The notes under the pieces were generated by a model, which was given only the letters and a program-made list of their open reading frames with translations, was not told where the DNA came from and ran no database searches. Positions 35,459 through 48,203 of a stretch of DNA of 64,000 nt are shown here, in pieces; position 1 is the stretch's first letter; every line of letters begins with the position of its first letter. A program made the position numbers and the translations under genes. The DNA is from Macrostomum lignano (taxonomy: Eukaryota). Location: assembly GCA_002269645.1 (NCBI GenBank), contig NIVC01001091.1:1-64000 (forward strand). Reading direction: 5' to 3'.

Positions 35459-35549
35459 GTTAAATTATTTCTGGTTTTTAACCTTTTCCATTAACCCATT
35501 TGCGCTTCTGAGTTCTTCAGATAAGCTTTTTATCTAAGATAAAATTTGT

Positions 35550-36340
35550 CCAAGAATCCCTCCTCTTGGTTCTCTAAGAATCGAATCGCCCCTCCTAACT
35601 CTCCAAGAATCGCCCCTCTTAACTCTCCAAGAATCGCCCCTCTTAGTTCTCCAAGAATCACCCCTCTTAGCTCTCCAAGAATCGCCCCTCTTAGCTCTCC
35701 AAGAATCGTCCATCTTAGCTCTCCAAGAATCGCCCCTCTTAGCTCTCCAAGAATCGCCCCTCTTAGCTCTCCAAGAATCGTCCATCTTAGCTCTCCAAGA
35801 ATCGCCCCTCTTAGCTCTCCAAGAATCGTCCATCTTAGCTCTCCAAGAATCGCCCCTCTTAGCTCTCCAAGAATCGCCCCTCTTAGCTCTCCAAGAATCT
35901 CCCCTCTTAGCTCTCCAAGAATCGCCCCTCTTAGCTCTCCAAGAATGGCCCCTCTTAGCTCTCCAAGAATCGCCCCTCTTAGCTCTCCAAGAATCGCCCC
36001 TCTTAGCTCTCCAAGAATCGTCCATCTTAGCTCTCCAAGAATCGCCCCTCTTAGCTCTCCAAGAATCGTCCATCTTAGCTCTCCAAGAATCGCCCCTCTT
36101 AGCTCTCCAAGAATCGCCCCTCTTAGCTCTCCAAGAATCGCCCCTCTTAGCTCTCCAAGAATCGCCCCTCTTAGCTCTCCAAGAATCGTTCATCTTAGCT
36201 CTCCAAGAATCGGCCCTCTTAGCTCTCCAAGAATCGCCCCTCTTAGCTCTCCAAGAATCGCCCCTCTTAGCTCTCCAAGAATCTCCACTCTTAGCTCTCC
36301 AAGAATCGTCCATCCTAGCTCTCCAAGAATCTTCTCTCTT
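35550..36340. repeat. 24-bp minisatellite (CTCTCCAAGAATCGCCCCTCTTAG) x about 32
   Basis: Direct reading. Confidence 0.95.
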
Positions 36341-37651
36341 AGTTGGCCTTTATAAGTAATGCACGATCGTGTTTTGTTTAGATGATTATGCTTGTGCGTA
36401 CTATAAGCATGGTTTATAAGTTATAATTTAACCCAAAATTTATTATTACGGTGCTTGATAAGTATACTCTATCTAGCCAATGGACTGAATTATTAATTTG
36501 AATGCTGTTATGCGTAATTGCAACCCAGGCCTCTAGTGGCTGAAATCGGCATGGATTAGGTAATGATAAATATATATCTGTCAAATTGGTAATGATAGTC
36601 AGTCCGCTTTCGCATTTAATTGGCATCTTACAATTACTGAATTTGCACTATACTAAATCAGGCGTAAATTCCATTGAAAACGGTTACCGTGACCAGAAGC
36701 GCTAAAGAATCATTACAAACAACTCACTAGCGACTCTGTGACGCTTCTCAGCCTGGGTACCGTTTTCATCGGGAATGCCGAATGTTTATCCATGCATCGC
36801 CTACTCTCTGCTCCGTAATGCTTTATTGTTATGTAGCCATTCTGCCGCTTTTGAGTACGCCATGAACAGAAATCATCAATAGCGCCACATTATTGCTTTA
36901 GTAGCTACTTATGGTAGCAAGCAGTATTTGCTAAAAGGCAAAAAATAGGAGGGAATGCAATTCAATGTCTGTTTTACTACACTGTACTTTTATATTGTTT
37001 ATCTCATTGCACGCATTTGTTAGAGACAGGATTTAGAATCAACTCCGTCAAGGCTTAAGATAATGTCTGGACAACAGCAGCACAGTACACTGCCGCAGTG
37101 ATTGTTAGTGTGTCGGTTTATAAATATTGACAATTACATGTTAGTTCGCTTTGTTTGATCACGTAGTAGATACTATAGTAGACATTAGCTTGCTAGTGCT
37201 GTGATTATAGCTCGTATGTACCCCTATCTATAGGTGTACTACTATAAGTAGAGGGACGCTGCACTCGAAAATACCGACTAAGCTGCCCGTATTTCAGGAT
37301 GAAATAGGATAAACGAGCCCCAGAAGTTGGTACCCTGCCAGTGTGACCCACCAGATTCCGGGGATTATTGACATTCGAGCGTGTTCAGCGCCGTAGTGAC
37401 ATGCTCTCACCTGTTTGCAAGCATTACTTTTAACAACAAGCACAACTTCACGCTTAAAAAACTGCCATGCTCAAAATACCGAGATATGTTTTTCTAAACG
37501 GGTTGTGCAATTAGACAATTTGGTCGAGAGAATCAACGCATTTCAAAAAAACAATCGCAATTTACATAATTTGTGAGCATAGCGTCTCTTTACTTATTGT
37601 AGCTGTCCGTGCATCTGTACATGAATGCGTTCTGTTCAGCACAGCCTGAAT

Positions 37652-38150
37652 CAGGGGTCGGCAATGTTTTTACCTCAAGGGCTAGATAGAGAACTTGGCG
37701 CATGACTGCGGGCCGGAGGGGGAGAGAGGAGAGATGAGATAGGAGAGGTGAAGGGAGAGAAGAGAAGGAGAGGTAAGAGAAGAGGGGTGAGAAATGAGAT
37801 AGGAGAGGTGAAGGAGAGAAGAGAAGGAGAGGTAAGAAAAGAGGGGGGAGAGATGAGATAGGAGAGGTGAAGGGAGAGAAGAGAAGGAGAGGTAAGAGAA
37901 GAGCGAGGAGAGGTAAGAGAAAAGGATGGGAGGTAAGAGAAAAGAAGGAGGAGAGGTAAGAGAAAAGGAGGAGAGGTTAGAGAAGAGAGAGGAGAGGTTA
38001 GAGAAGAGAGAGGAGAGGTAAGAGAAGAGAAAGGAGATTAGAGAGAACGCAGCTGAGAAGAGACACAAACCTTGAGCGGGCCGGATTGCTATTGTGAAGT
38101 TGAAAAGCACGGATAGAGAGGCTTTGCGGGCCTGGGTTTGCCGACCCCTG
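37652..38150 (-). mobile_element. Non-autonomous hAT-like element, copy 2, with internal GA-rich expansion
   Basis: 13-bp TIR CAGGGGTCGGCAA / TTGCCGACCCCTG; no clean 8-bp TSD; homologous to 5363-5625. Confidence 0.8.
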
Positions 38151-38512
38151 GCGCTAAATCCTTTCAAATTGACTGTTTTGTTAAATTTGCGTGCACAATT
38201 GATGATGACTGTCGTCAGCTGTAGTTTGTATCGCAGAGCTAGATGTCTCGCGCTTGGCAACTGTAAGGTATCGATCGACTGTCTTTCAGGTTAGTCGCCA
38301 GCGTCAGTCTGTGGGGTCGGAACAATGCCGCATTTAGCCGGCGGATCAGCCCTAACCAATCACTTTTCTAGCGGGATCCGTTTCGGTTGGTGGACCGAGG
38401 AAGTGGTTATTTTATATCATGCATGTTTCCTTGCTTCAAAACTAAAATGCAAGTCTATGTGACTAAGTAAATAACTAAATTCACGCTCCTGCTAATGAAA
38501 ATTGTGGTAAAA

Positions 38513-39168
38513 CAGATTTGGCTGACAGCTGGCATTGAGCGGGGCGGGTTTTGAGTCAGACCAGATTGATTGGCTGACGGCTGAAATTGGGCAGAGTGGG
38601 TTGGTTTTGAGTCAGACCAGATTTGATTGGCTGACAGCTGAAATTGGGCAGAGTGGGTTGGTTTTGAGTCAGACCAGATTTGATTGGCTGACAGCTGGCT
38701 TGGGCAGAGTGGGTTGGTTTTGAGTCAGACCAGATTTGATTGGCTGACAGCTGAAATTGGGCAGAGTGGGTTGGTTTTGAGTCAGACCAGATTTGATTGG
38801 CTGACAGCTGAAATTGGGCAGAGTGGGTTGGTTTTGAGTCAGACCAGATTTGATTGGCTGACAGCTGGCATTGGGCAGAGTGGGTTGGTTTTGAGTCGGA
38901 CCAGATTTGATTGGCTGACAGCTGGCATTGGGCAGAGTGGGTTGGTTTTGAGTCGGACCAGATTTGATTGGCTGCCAGCTGGCATTGGGCAGAGTGGGTT
39001 GGTTTTGAGTCGGACCAGATTTGATTGGCTGCCAGCTGGCATTGGGCAGAGTGGGTTGGTTTTGAGTCGGACCAGATTTGATTGGCTGACAGCTGGCATT
39101 GGGCAGAGTGGGTTGGTTTTGAGTCAGACCAGATTTGATTGGCTGACAGCTGGAATTGGACAGATTTG
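38513..39168. repeat. 57-bp minisatellite x about 11, each unit with a CCAAT box (CAGCCAATCAAA on the minus strand)
   Basis: Unit GATTTGATTGGCTGACAGCTGGCATTGGGCAGAGTGGGTTGGTTTTGAGTCGGACCA. Confidence 0.95.
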
Positions 39169-40147
39169 ATAGGCTTTCAGATTTCAACCAATCAGTATTT
39201 ATAGTTGTCACTCATTTTTGTCGTCGTCGTTTTTCTTTTTTACTTTTGGAATTTAATTGTTTATTTTTGCCAAATTTAATTGAAAAAATGGCGCTAAAAT
39301 TTGTACTCTGAATCGTACGAGTCTGTATCTATTTTTAAGTCAGTTCAATTAAAAAATAATCTAAATCAACTTTTCAGGCACAAAGTGACCCTCACGAACT
39401 TCTGATACCTTTCTGGCACGAGATTGGCTGGCGAAGAGTTTCCTAAAAAGAAAAAGTTCTGCACCCACTTTTGAATTTGTTTTAACTTGATCTGCTTATA
39501 ATTTGAGAACTGATCTATTTTTTTATTGTCACACTGGAAAGGCCTACTTAATATTTTTTGCCACAAATGTTCCTATCTTGTGAATACAAGAATTTGAATA
39601 CGGCAAATTTTTCTTTCTATATCCTACTCTCTTATTCCATTCTCTTTGTCTCTTTCGATTGTTTTTTAAAAGCTTCTCTGTGACATTGTGTGAGTGTAAT
39701 GTTACTGTATTGTATGTCTACTCTGCACCACACAGATACTAGATGGGCCACTCAACACATTTGCGTGTAAGCTACTTTCAGTTCAGTAGTAAGTTAAATA
39801 GAAGCATTTTCATGTTTTTTTAAAGCCAAGGCTTATTTATTGGCTCCCACCCCCAGCTTAAACCCTCCAACCACGCCTTTCCACACTACCCCCCCCCCCC
39901 CCGCGACCCGCCCCAATTTTTATTGCCTTTCTCGGAATTCTAGCCTAGTAAGCTGCCATGTACATTTCAGTGGACTGGCTAATGTACATTATTACTGAAC
40001 CAATTAGCTTATCAAAGTCAGTTCAGCTGCCTTTATAAAATAGCTTATGCATTCTTCTTTGCTACTGAACTGAAAGTAGAAAGCTGTTTTACTAAGTATG
40101 TATGCCTGTGCAGCCCATCTAGTTATTTTAGTATCTGTGCTCTACAC

Positions 40148-40161
40148 TAGATAGATAGAGT

Positions 40162-40223
<62 letters not shown>
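40148..40223. repeat. (GT)n microsatellite
   Basis: Direct reading. Confidence 0.95.
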
Positions 40224-40226
<3 letters not shown>

Positions 40227-40784
40227 AATCTATGAATATAGAAGGCTTATTATCATAGATTTTTGCACATTCCTTACTGCACCGTATTTCAGCAGCTGTG
40301 TGTAACATTAGTTTGTGTGCAAACTACAACTTTACTTAACGGATAATAATAATAATACTTTTGTAATTAAATATTAAGAACAGTTATATTCCAGATAAGC
40401 TATAACTAATTAATTATTATTATCAATTTTATATTTCTTTATACCAATAATATCTTTTGCGTTTTTTCAGTTGTTGTTTACCCGGCTGTGTCCGCTTCTA
40501 TTACTCTCTGTTTTAGTATGACAATATGCCTATTTCTTATATACTGTTACTAATGGTGGCGTTATGTCACAATCTTATGCCCATGTTAGTAATTATAGCA
40601 TGGAATTAATTATTAATATAACTGGCGATTGTAAAATGCATATTAATCCATTTTATTTGGCTGGCAAAAGCCTTTGTTGTTTTATCTGTTTTTTTATTGA
40701 ATCTTAGAATAGGAATTCGTTTTTATTAAATTATCTTATTCTGATTAACATAAACCTCATTAAGGTATTTTCTAATAACCCAGT

Positions 40785-41560
40785 GTGTTACTGCTGATAG
40801 CCCAGTGTGTTACTGATAGCCCAGTGTGTTACTGATAGCCCAGTGTGTTACTGCTGATAGCCCAGTGTGTTACTCATAGCCCAGTGTGTTACTGATAGCC
40901 CAGTGTGTTACTGATAGCCCAGTGTGTTACTGATAGCCCAGTGTGTTACTGATAGCCCAGTGTGTTGCTGATAGCCCAGTGTGTTACTGATAGCCCAGTG
41001 TGTTACTGATAGCCCAGTGTGTTGCTGATAGCCCAGTGTGTTACTGATAGCCCAGTGTATTACTGCTGATAGCCCAGTGTGTTACTGATAGACCAGTGTG
41101 TTACTGCTGATAGCCCAGTGTGTTGCTGATAGCCCAGTGTGTTACTGATAGCCCAGTGTGTTACTGCTGATAGCCCAGTGTGTTACTGATAGCCCAGTGT
41201 GTTACTGATAGCCCAGTGTGTTACTGATAGCCCAGTGTGTTACTGATAGCCCAGTGTGTTACTGCTGATAGCCCAGTGTGTTACTGATAGCCCAGTGTGT
41301 TACTGATAGCCCAGTGTGTTACTGCTGATAGCCCAGTGTGTTACTGATAGCCCAGTGTGTTACTAATAGCCCAGTGTGTTACTGATAGCCCAGTGTGTTA
41401 CTGATAGCCCAGTGTGTTACTGATAGCCCAGTGTGTTACTGATAGCCCAGTGTGTTACTGATAGCCCAGTGTGTTACTGATAGCCCAGTGTGTTACTGAT
41501 AGCCCACTGTGTTACTGATAGCCCAGTGTGTTACTGATAGCCAGTGAGTTACTGATAGCC
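40785..41560. repeat. 19/22-bp minisatellite (GATAGCCCAGTGTGTTACT[GCT])
   Basis: Direct reading; abuts the UBAC2 promoter motifs. Confidence 0.95.
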
Positions 41561-41574
41561 AATGGTCACGTGAC
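41559..41574. promoter_or_regulatory. CCAAT + GTCACGTGAC (USF/MiT-TFE CLEAR-type E-box) upstream of UBAC2
   Basis: Perfect 10-bp palindrome at 41565-41574, about 160 bp before the ATG. Confidence 0.5.
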
Positions 41575-41732
41575 TAGACCTATTTCAAAGTGCGTGCTCG
41601 GTCGTGCTGTCAGTAGAAACGATGATTACCTAGGTCGCTATTACGCACCATAGCGTCATTGCAATCCTAATAAAAAGTGCAACATGTACTTTATTGTTTA
41701 TTCGTTTCGCTATGCCTGAAATTCATGCGCCG

Positions 41733-43441
41733 ATGTTCTCGCCGCACAGTCACTCCGGCTTCCATCAGGCCACGGTGTCGAAGTGCCTGCTGGCCACCGT
41801 GGTGGTGTCGACCATCCTCCTCAGCCTGCCCCTTCACGCCTATCGCAATTATTTCATCAACGCTAGCAAGGCATCCCCAGCCTATACTTACGTCACCTCC
41901 AAGCTGGTGTTCCTCGACACCAAAGACCTCATCCCCGGCGCTCTGCTGCTCTATTATTTTCGAATATTCGAACGACGCTACGGTCAGAGAAAATTCTGCG
42001 CCTTCCTATTGTTTAGCCTGGCCTGCGGCCTGGCCCTGGAGGCCCTGGTCTTCAGCCTGCTGCAGGCCTGGGTGGGGGGCCTGGGGTCGCCCTGTGGCCC
42101 TGTGGCTCTGGTCTTCTCGCTGTTTGTGCCGTTCTACGTTGAGGTGAGGGGCTCTGGCACCTGACTGACTGACTGACTGACTGACTGCCTGACTGACTTA
42201 AGTGAGTGGGTGACTGACTGACTGACTGCCTGACTGACTTGAGTGAGTGGGTGACTGACTGACTGACTGACTGACTGACTGACTGACTGACTGCCTGACT
42301 GACTTGAGTGAGTGGGTGACTGACTGACTGACTGCCTGACTGACTTGAGTGAGTGGGTAACTGACTGACTGACTGACTGACTGACTGACTGACTGACTGA
42401 CTGACTGACTGACTGACTGACTGACTGACTGACTGACTGTCTGACTGACTGACTGACTGACTGACTGACTGTCTGACTGACTGCTGTCTGACTGACTGAC
42501 TGACTGACTGACTGACTGACTGACTGACTGACTGACTGACTGACTGACTGACTGACTGACTGACTGGCTGACTGACTGTCTGACTGACTGACTGACTGAC
42601 TGACTGACTGTCTGACTGACTGCTGTCTGACTGACTGACTGACTGACTGACTGACTGACTGACTGACTGACTGACTGACTGACTGACTGACTGACTGACT
42701 GACTGACTGACTGACTGACTGACTGACTGACTGACTTAAGTGAGTGGGTGACTGACTGACTGACTGACTGACTGACTTGAGTGAGTGGGTGACTGACTGA
42801 CTGACTGACTGACTGACTGACTGACTGACTGACTGACTGACTGACTGACTGACTTGAGTGACTGACTGACTGACTGACTGACCCCAAGAGTCATCAGTTC
42901 CCAACCAATCGCTTACAACTCCGTCCGCCAGGTGCCCCGAGTCGAATTCGCTCACATCCTTGGCGTGCCCGTCACAGGCAAATCGTTCGTCTATTTGCTG
43001 GGCCTGCAGCTCGGCTCCAGCGGCTGGGGCGCCGCCCTGTTAGCCGCCTGCGGCCTCGCCACCGGCGCCGCCTGGCAGCGCTGGTCTGGCGCCATATTCC
43101 GTTGTCTGGCGCCGCCCAAGCCAGTCTGTCGATTCGCCGCTTGCTGGCTGGACCCGCTGCTCAGGTCGAGCCCGCCGGCTGGCCGTCACACGGGCGCCAC
43201 TCTGGAGCTGCAGCGCCAGGAGCAGATGGAGCACTGGGAGCAGCAGATGCGGTCCCGCTGGATGACTGGCGGCGCCGCCTCCTCAGCAGCTGGCGACAAT
43301 GCGATGTCGCCTGACCCGACCGAGGAGCACATTACCCGCCTGACTGACATGGGGTTTCCCCGGCAGAGTGTTGTGCAAGCCCTTCGATTGAGCAATAACA
43401 ATTTGCCTATGGCTATGAATGTGCTGCTGCAGGAGGTCTGA
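41733..43441 (+). CDS. UBAC2: UBA domain-containing protein 2 (rhomboid-like pseudoprotease + C-terminal UBA), about 306 aa; exons 41733-42143, 42932-43441
   Basis: YFRIFERRYGQRKF, VFSLFVPFY, GATLELQRQEQME, LTDMGFPRQSVVQALRLSNNNLPMAMNVLL, all recalling human UBAC2; phase-0 intron. Confidence 0.92.
42160..42880. repeat. (GACT)n compound microsatellite, UBAC2 intron
   Basis: Direct reading. Confidence 0.95.
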
Positions 43442-43574
43442 ACATGCGCTGCTTTTGGGGATTCACCTTTAAAGTTCTCTAGTAAAGTTATTACTCAGAA
43501 ATCGGAATGTCCCTTAGAATTTGGCTTTGGGTTTCCATTTCCATTGAATTTTCCTCGGTTTTTCTTTTGGGATT

Positions 43575-43900
43575 TCCCTCGGGTTTTACTTCGGGATTTC
43601 CCTCAAATTTTCCCTTGGGATTACCCTCAAGGTTTCCCTTGGGATTTCCCTCTAGGTTTCCCTTGGTATTTCCCTCAAGGTTTCCTTTGGGATTTCCTTC
43701 AAGGTTTCCCTTGGGATTCCCCTCAAGGTTTTCCTTGAGATTTCCCTCAATGTTCCCTTGGGATTCCCCTCAAGGTTTCCCTTGGGATTCCCCTCAAGGT
43801 TTCCCTTGGTATTTCCCTCTAGGTTTCCCTTGGTATTTCCCTCTAGGTTTCCCTTGGTATTTCCCTCTAGGTTTCCCTTGGGATTCCCTTATGGTTTCCT
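43575..43900. repeat. 24-bp minisatellite (TTCCCTTGGGATTCCCCTCAAGGT)
   Basis: Direct reading; each unit contains a CCTTG/CAAGG hairpin. Confidence 0.9.
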
Positions 43901-45302
43901 TCGGGATTTCGCAATTTATTTTGGGATATTTTCCTGTTTGTTAGGTTTAAATTTCCTGAAGTGAAGTGGCTGTTACTATTTTCAGACAGAGTTCAAAGGC
44001 CAATCAGGCAGCGACCGATATTCATTAGCCAGAGACAGAGTTTCGTGAGTTATAGAACTTTGCGTATTAACTCCATGTATTACCTACACCCCGTGCATTC
44101 ACCTTAGGCGAATGGGAGTCTGCTTGTTGTTGTTTATTTGTTTTGAGTTCTGCCACTGCCGCCGCCCCTCCACCACCCCCACTGTTGCTTTTGTCGATTT
44201 TATTATTCGTGAAATTTAGTTGCTTGGCTGAATAGCACTTGCACTTTTTGCAAGTGCAGAATCGCAATTCTCTCATTCTGTGCGCTGGTTTATCCTCATC
44301 GGCTACCCGATCGCCTATATGTAATACCCGTTGAAAGCGTTACCGTGACCGTGACTCTGGGGCGGCTGCTGTGACTTTTTAACGGCTCAAACGACTGTAA
44401 TGCTACGGAGAGGCGGTTGTTGGGTAACGAGCGCTTCAAAAGTCGTCGAAAAGTCATTGTGTTGTTAGCGTCAAAAGAGCTTAACTGTCTACTAACTCAA
44501 GTAGACTAAGTAGAGTTGTTATAAATGCGAAATGCTGGGCTTTAGACGCAACTCAGTTACAGAGTCGCAGACAATGAAACGCCTCAAATTGACTCTTAGG
44601 AGACTCTTTGGCGACTTGACGACCGTGACAGAGTCTAAATATGGATAAATATACATACGATTATATATTTGGTGTCAACTAAATAATGCAAGCACTCATT
44701 CACTCTACTTTGCCATTTGACGATATGCAAATCGACATGTTTGATTTCAGTTTGGTTCTTCAGTTTAGAAAATCGAGTTAAAAGCCACAGCGCCCCTGAC
44801 TTTCTTCTCACCGTCAGGCGCATTTGCGCACACTGTGCCTTGGGGGGGGGGGGGCTGGCCACTCGGCCCCCGTACGATACTACTTACAAGCGCATATTGT
44901 AGGCAAAAATCACAGGAAATCTGTAGGCTCCGAGGATAAGCAGCGCTCGTATCTCTAATTAATCTTTCAGTGTGGATTACTGCACTGCTGTCCGTAGTAG
45001 ATAGCTGGCCTGCGTTGCTAGGGATATTAAATTGCTTGGCTGCCTGGGAATAATCAGTTGTGCAGCACATGCATTGTTAGAACAGTGTGTTTATAACCTG
45101 GCTTATTCCCCTCTTGCTTTGGCCTTAACTACCTCTCTGCACTGTTCTAGCTTATCCACCTTTCAGTCATGTCTATACAGTAGGTGCATGGAGGCGGGAC
45201 TTGGCGAAAACTGTAAACAAATGGCTTACAGATCAATATTAGAGACTGTGCAAATAGTTGTAATAATACAGGCAGACGGGCAGTCACTTTGACACTAAAA
45301 TT

Positions 45303-45353
45303 GACAGGCAGGCAGACAGACACTAAGACAGACAGACACTAACACTAAGACAT

Positions 45354-45384
<31 letters not shown>

Positions 45385-45437
45385 TACAGACAGACAGACA
45401 AACATACAGATACACAGACAGACAGACAGACATACAT

Positions 45438-45475
<38 letters not shown>

Positions 45476-45563
45476 GGATAGACGGACAGGCAGGCAGACA
45501 GACAGACAGACAGACGGATAGACGGGCAGACAGACAGACAGACGGATAGACAGGCAGGCAGGC

Positions 45564-45603
<40 letters not shown>

Positions 45604-45619
45604 GGATAGACGGACAGGC

Positions 45620-45650
<31 letters not shown>

Positions 45651-45665
45651 AAGACAGACAAACAG
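45303..45665. repeat. (GACA)n compound microsatellite
   Basis: Direct reading. Confidence 0.95.
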
Positions 45666-46477
45666 GACAACTGATGACATGCCGTGAGCGCATTTGCATG
45701 TACTGTGTAGACATGTATGACTCTGGCCCGTGTTCGCCATGCAGTTGCTTAGCAAAGTGAGAACGCTTTATGCCACACTGCATGCGCAGCAAGAGCTTAT
45801 ATCAGATGGATTGTATTTTGTATGCTTGCAAAGCTTTACGTGTAATTTTAAAAGAAGCGAAATCTGCTATTCATCCGCACAGAACAGCCCGGATGCGCCG
45901 GGTCTTATCGCCGTGCGCTTTTGGTAGACCGCTAAGATACGAGGCTGATGCCGCCGCAGTTTGCGAGTGAGTTACACTACAGGGTACCTACGTTGGCTCG
46001 CCCTGATCCAGTCAGTTATTTCAGTCCAGATGGGGTAAACTTCCCTGTCCTTTGAACCCTTTCTATAGCATCTCTCTCTCGCACTTGCATTTTTATTCTC
46101 GATCCCCTTTCTCCCCCCCCCCCTTGTAGCTCGATGCTGCTGGCTCTCCCTCTCTCCGTCTGCCTCGCCTTCACTTCTAAATGGAATCGCGGCAGACCTT
46201 GGACAGCTGTGCTATTCCAACTAGCAGTATCTTAGGCCTTCATTACCGGCTTGGCTTAGATATAAGCTAAGGCAAGGTGAAGGCTGCATGGCCTAATTTC
46301 CCCAGTTATTATTCTTCATTCCTCCTCCGAGAAAAGCCATCTGCTCCCCAGTGCAGTCCTGTGTCCAAGCCAAACTGCTGTAAAAATAAAAGCAACGGGT
46401 CCGCCAAGTGTCCCGTCTCCGGCCCCGCGTACACTGACGCGTTCTTGCCACACGTATTTCCGTGTGACTGATAGCTG

Positions 46478-47522
46478 AGTGTTCCATGATCCCTAGAGTG
46501 TTCCAAGATCCCTAGAGTGTTCCATGATCCCTAGAGTGTTCCATGATCCCTAGAGTGTTCCATGATCTTTAGAGAGTTCCAAGATCCCTAGAGGGTTCCA
46601 TGATCCCTAGAGTGTTCCATGATCCCTAGAGTGTTCCATGATCCCTAGAGGTTCCATGATCTTTAGAGAGTTCCAAGATCCCTAGAGAGTTCCAAGATCC
46701 CTAGAGTGTTCCATGATCCCTAGAGTGTTCCATGATCCCTAGAGGTTCCATGATCTTTAGAGAGTTCAAAGATCCCTAGAGTGTTCCATGATCCCTAGAG
46801 TGTTTCATGATCCCTAGAGTGTTCCATGATCCCTAGAGGTTCCATGATCTTTAGAGAGTTCAAAGATCCCTAGAGTGTTTCATGATCCCTAGAGTGTTCC
46901 ATGATCCCTAGAGTGTTCCATGATCCCTAGAGGGTTCCATGATCCCTAGAGGTTCCATGATCTTTAGAGAGTTCAAAGATCCCTAGAGTGTTTCATGATC
47001 CCTAGAGTGTTCCATGATCCCTAGAGAGTTCCAAGATCCCTAGAGGTTCCATGATCCCTAGAGTGTTCCATGATCCCTAGAGAGTTCAAGATCCCTAGAG
47101 AGTTCCAAGATCCCTAGAGGTTCCATGATCCCTAGAGTGTTCCATGATCCCTAGAGAGTTCAAGATCCCTAGAGGTTCCATGATCCCTAGAGTGTTCCAT
47201 GATCCCTAGAGAGTTCAAGATCCCTAGAGAGTTCCAAGATCCCTAGAGAGTTCCAAGATCCCTAGAGGTTCCATGATCCCTAGAGGGTTCCGTTATCCCT
47301 AGAGTGTTCCATTATCTTTAGAGGGTTCCGTTATCCCTAGAGGGTTCCGTTATCCCTAGAGTGTTCCATTATCTTTAAAGGTTTCCATTACCTTTAGAGG
47401 GTTCCATTATCCCTAGAGGGTTCCATTATCCCTAGAGGGTTCCATTATCCCTAGAGGGTTCCGTTATCCCTAGAGGGTTCCATTATACCTAGAGGGTTCC
47501 ATTATCCCTAGAGGTTTCCAAG
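46478..47522. repeat. 18/19-bp minisatellite (GATCCCTAGAGTGTTCCAT)
   Basis: Direct reading. Confidence 0.95.
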
Positions 47523-48203
47523 ATCCTCTTCTCTCTCTGATATCACTCTCTCTCTCTTCCCCACTGCTTGTCCCTCTTCTGACCCTCTCTTTAACCTAGT
47601 GGGTTTTACAACTTTTGCATAATAATTTGTTTTTTATCTCCTTTATTCACCATTGTCTGCTGCAGAGCCAACTATCGGTTGCCCCAGCTCATCAGTTCAT
47701 TATTGTGTTTAGCCATTGAAGCGGGCAGCTGGTCCTTGTCCCCAATGATGGCACTCAATACTTTTTTATTTTAGTAAGGAATAACAGGCTCGATTTCGCT
47801 CGAGTCTTTAACTGCTTCATCTATTATTGAGAACATCCCAGCCGGGTGCCAGAAATGGTACACGGAAATCCTCTTTATCCCTTCTTAGTAAGTTCAGTCT
47901 AGCAGCCGAAGCTCGAGGCACTGGGTGCTGTCTGGCGTGTCTTCCTGGTTTGCCTCTGCCTTTCATTTAGTCTTTAGCTACTCCCGTCTATTTTGGCAGC
48001 GCCGCGTCAGAACTTTTTCTTTGCTCAGCGGAGCACACTTGTGAGTTGAGCAGTTTCCCTTCCATTTTTAGAGGAAAAAACTCCCTGTACCCCAGCCCCA
48101 CTGCCACACCAGATCCCCAAATTTCGGTCAGATGAGGGGAGTGCTCTGGAACAAGTCCTCGTGCTTGTCCTACTTCCCCCCTCGCTTTTTTGCCTCGTCC
48201 CTG

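Noticed and set aside
44060-44280. Gly/Gln-rich minus-strand ORF with a possible donor
   Set aside because: No recognisable domain and no supported start or partner exon.
45666-45760. RING-like fragment QLMTCRERICMYCV...CSPC after the (GACA)n tract
   Set aside because: Only 30 codons, lacks the conserved His, and no matching upstream exon with the first CxxC was found.
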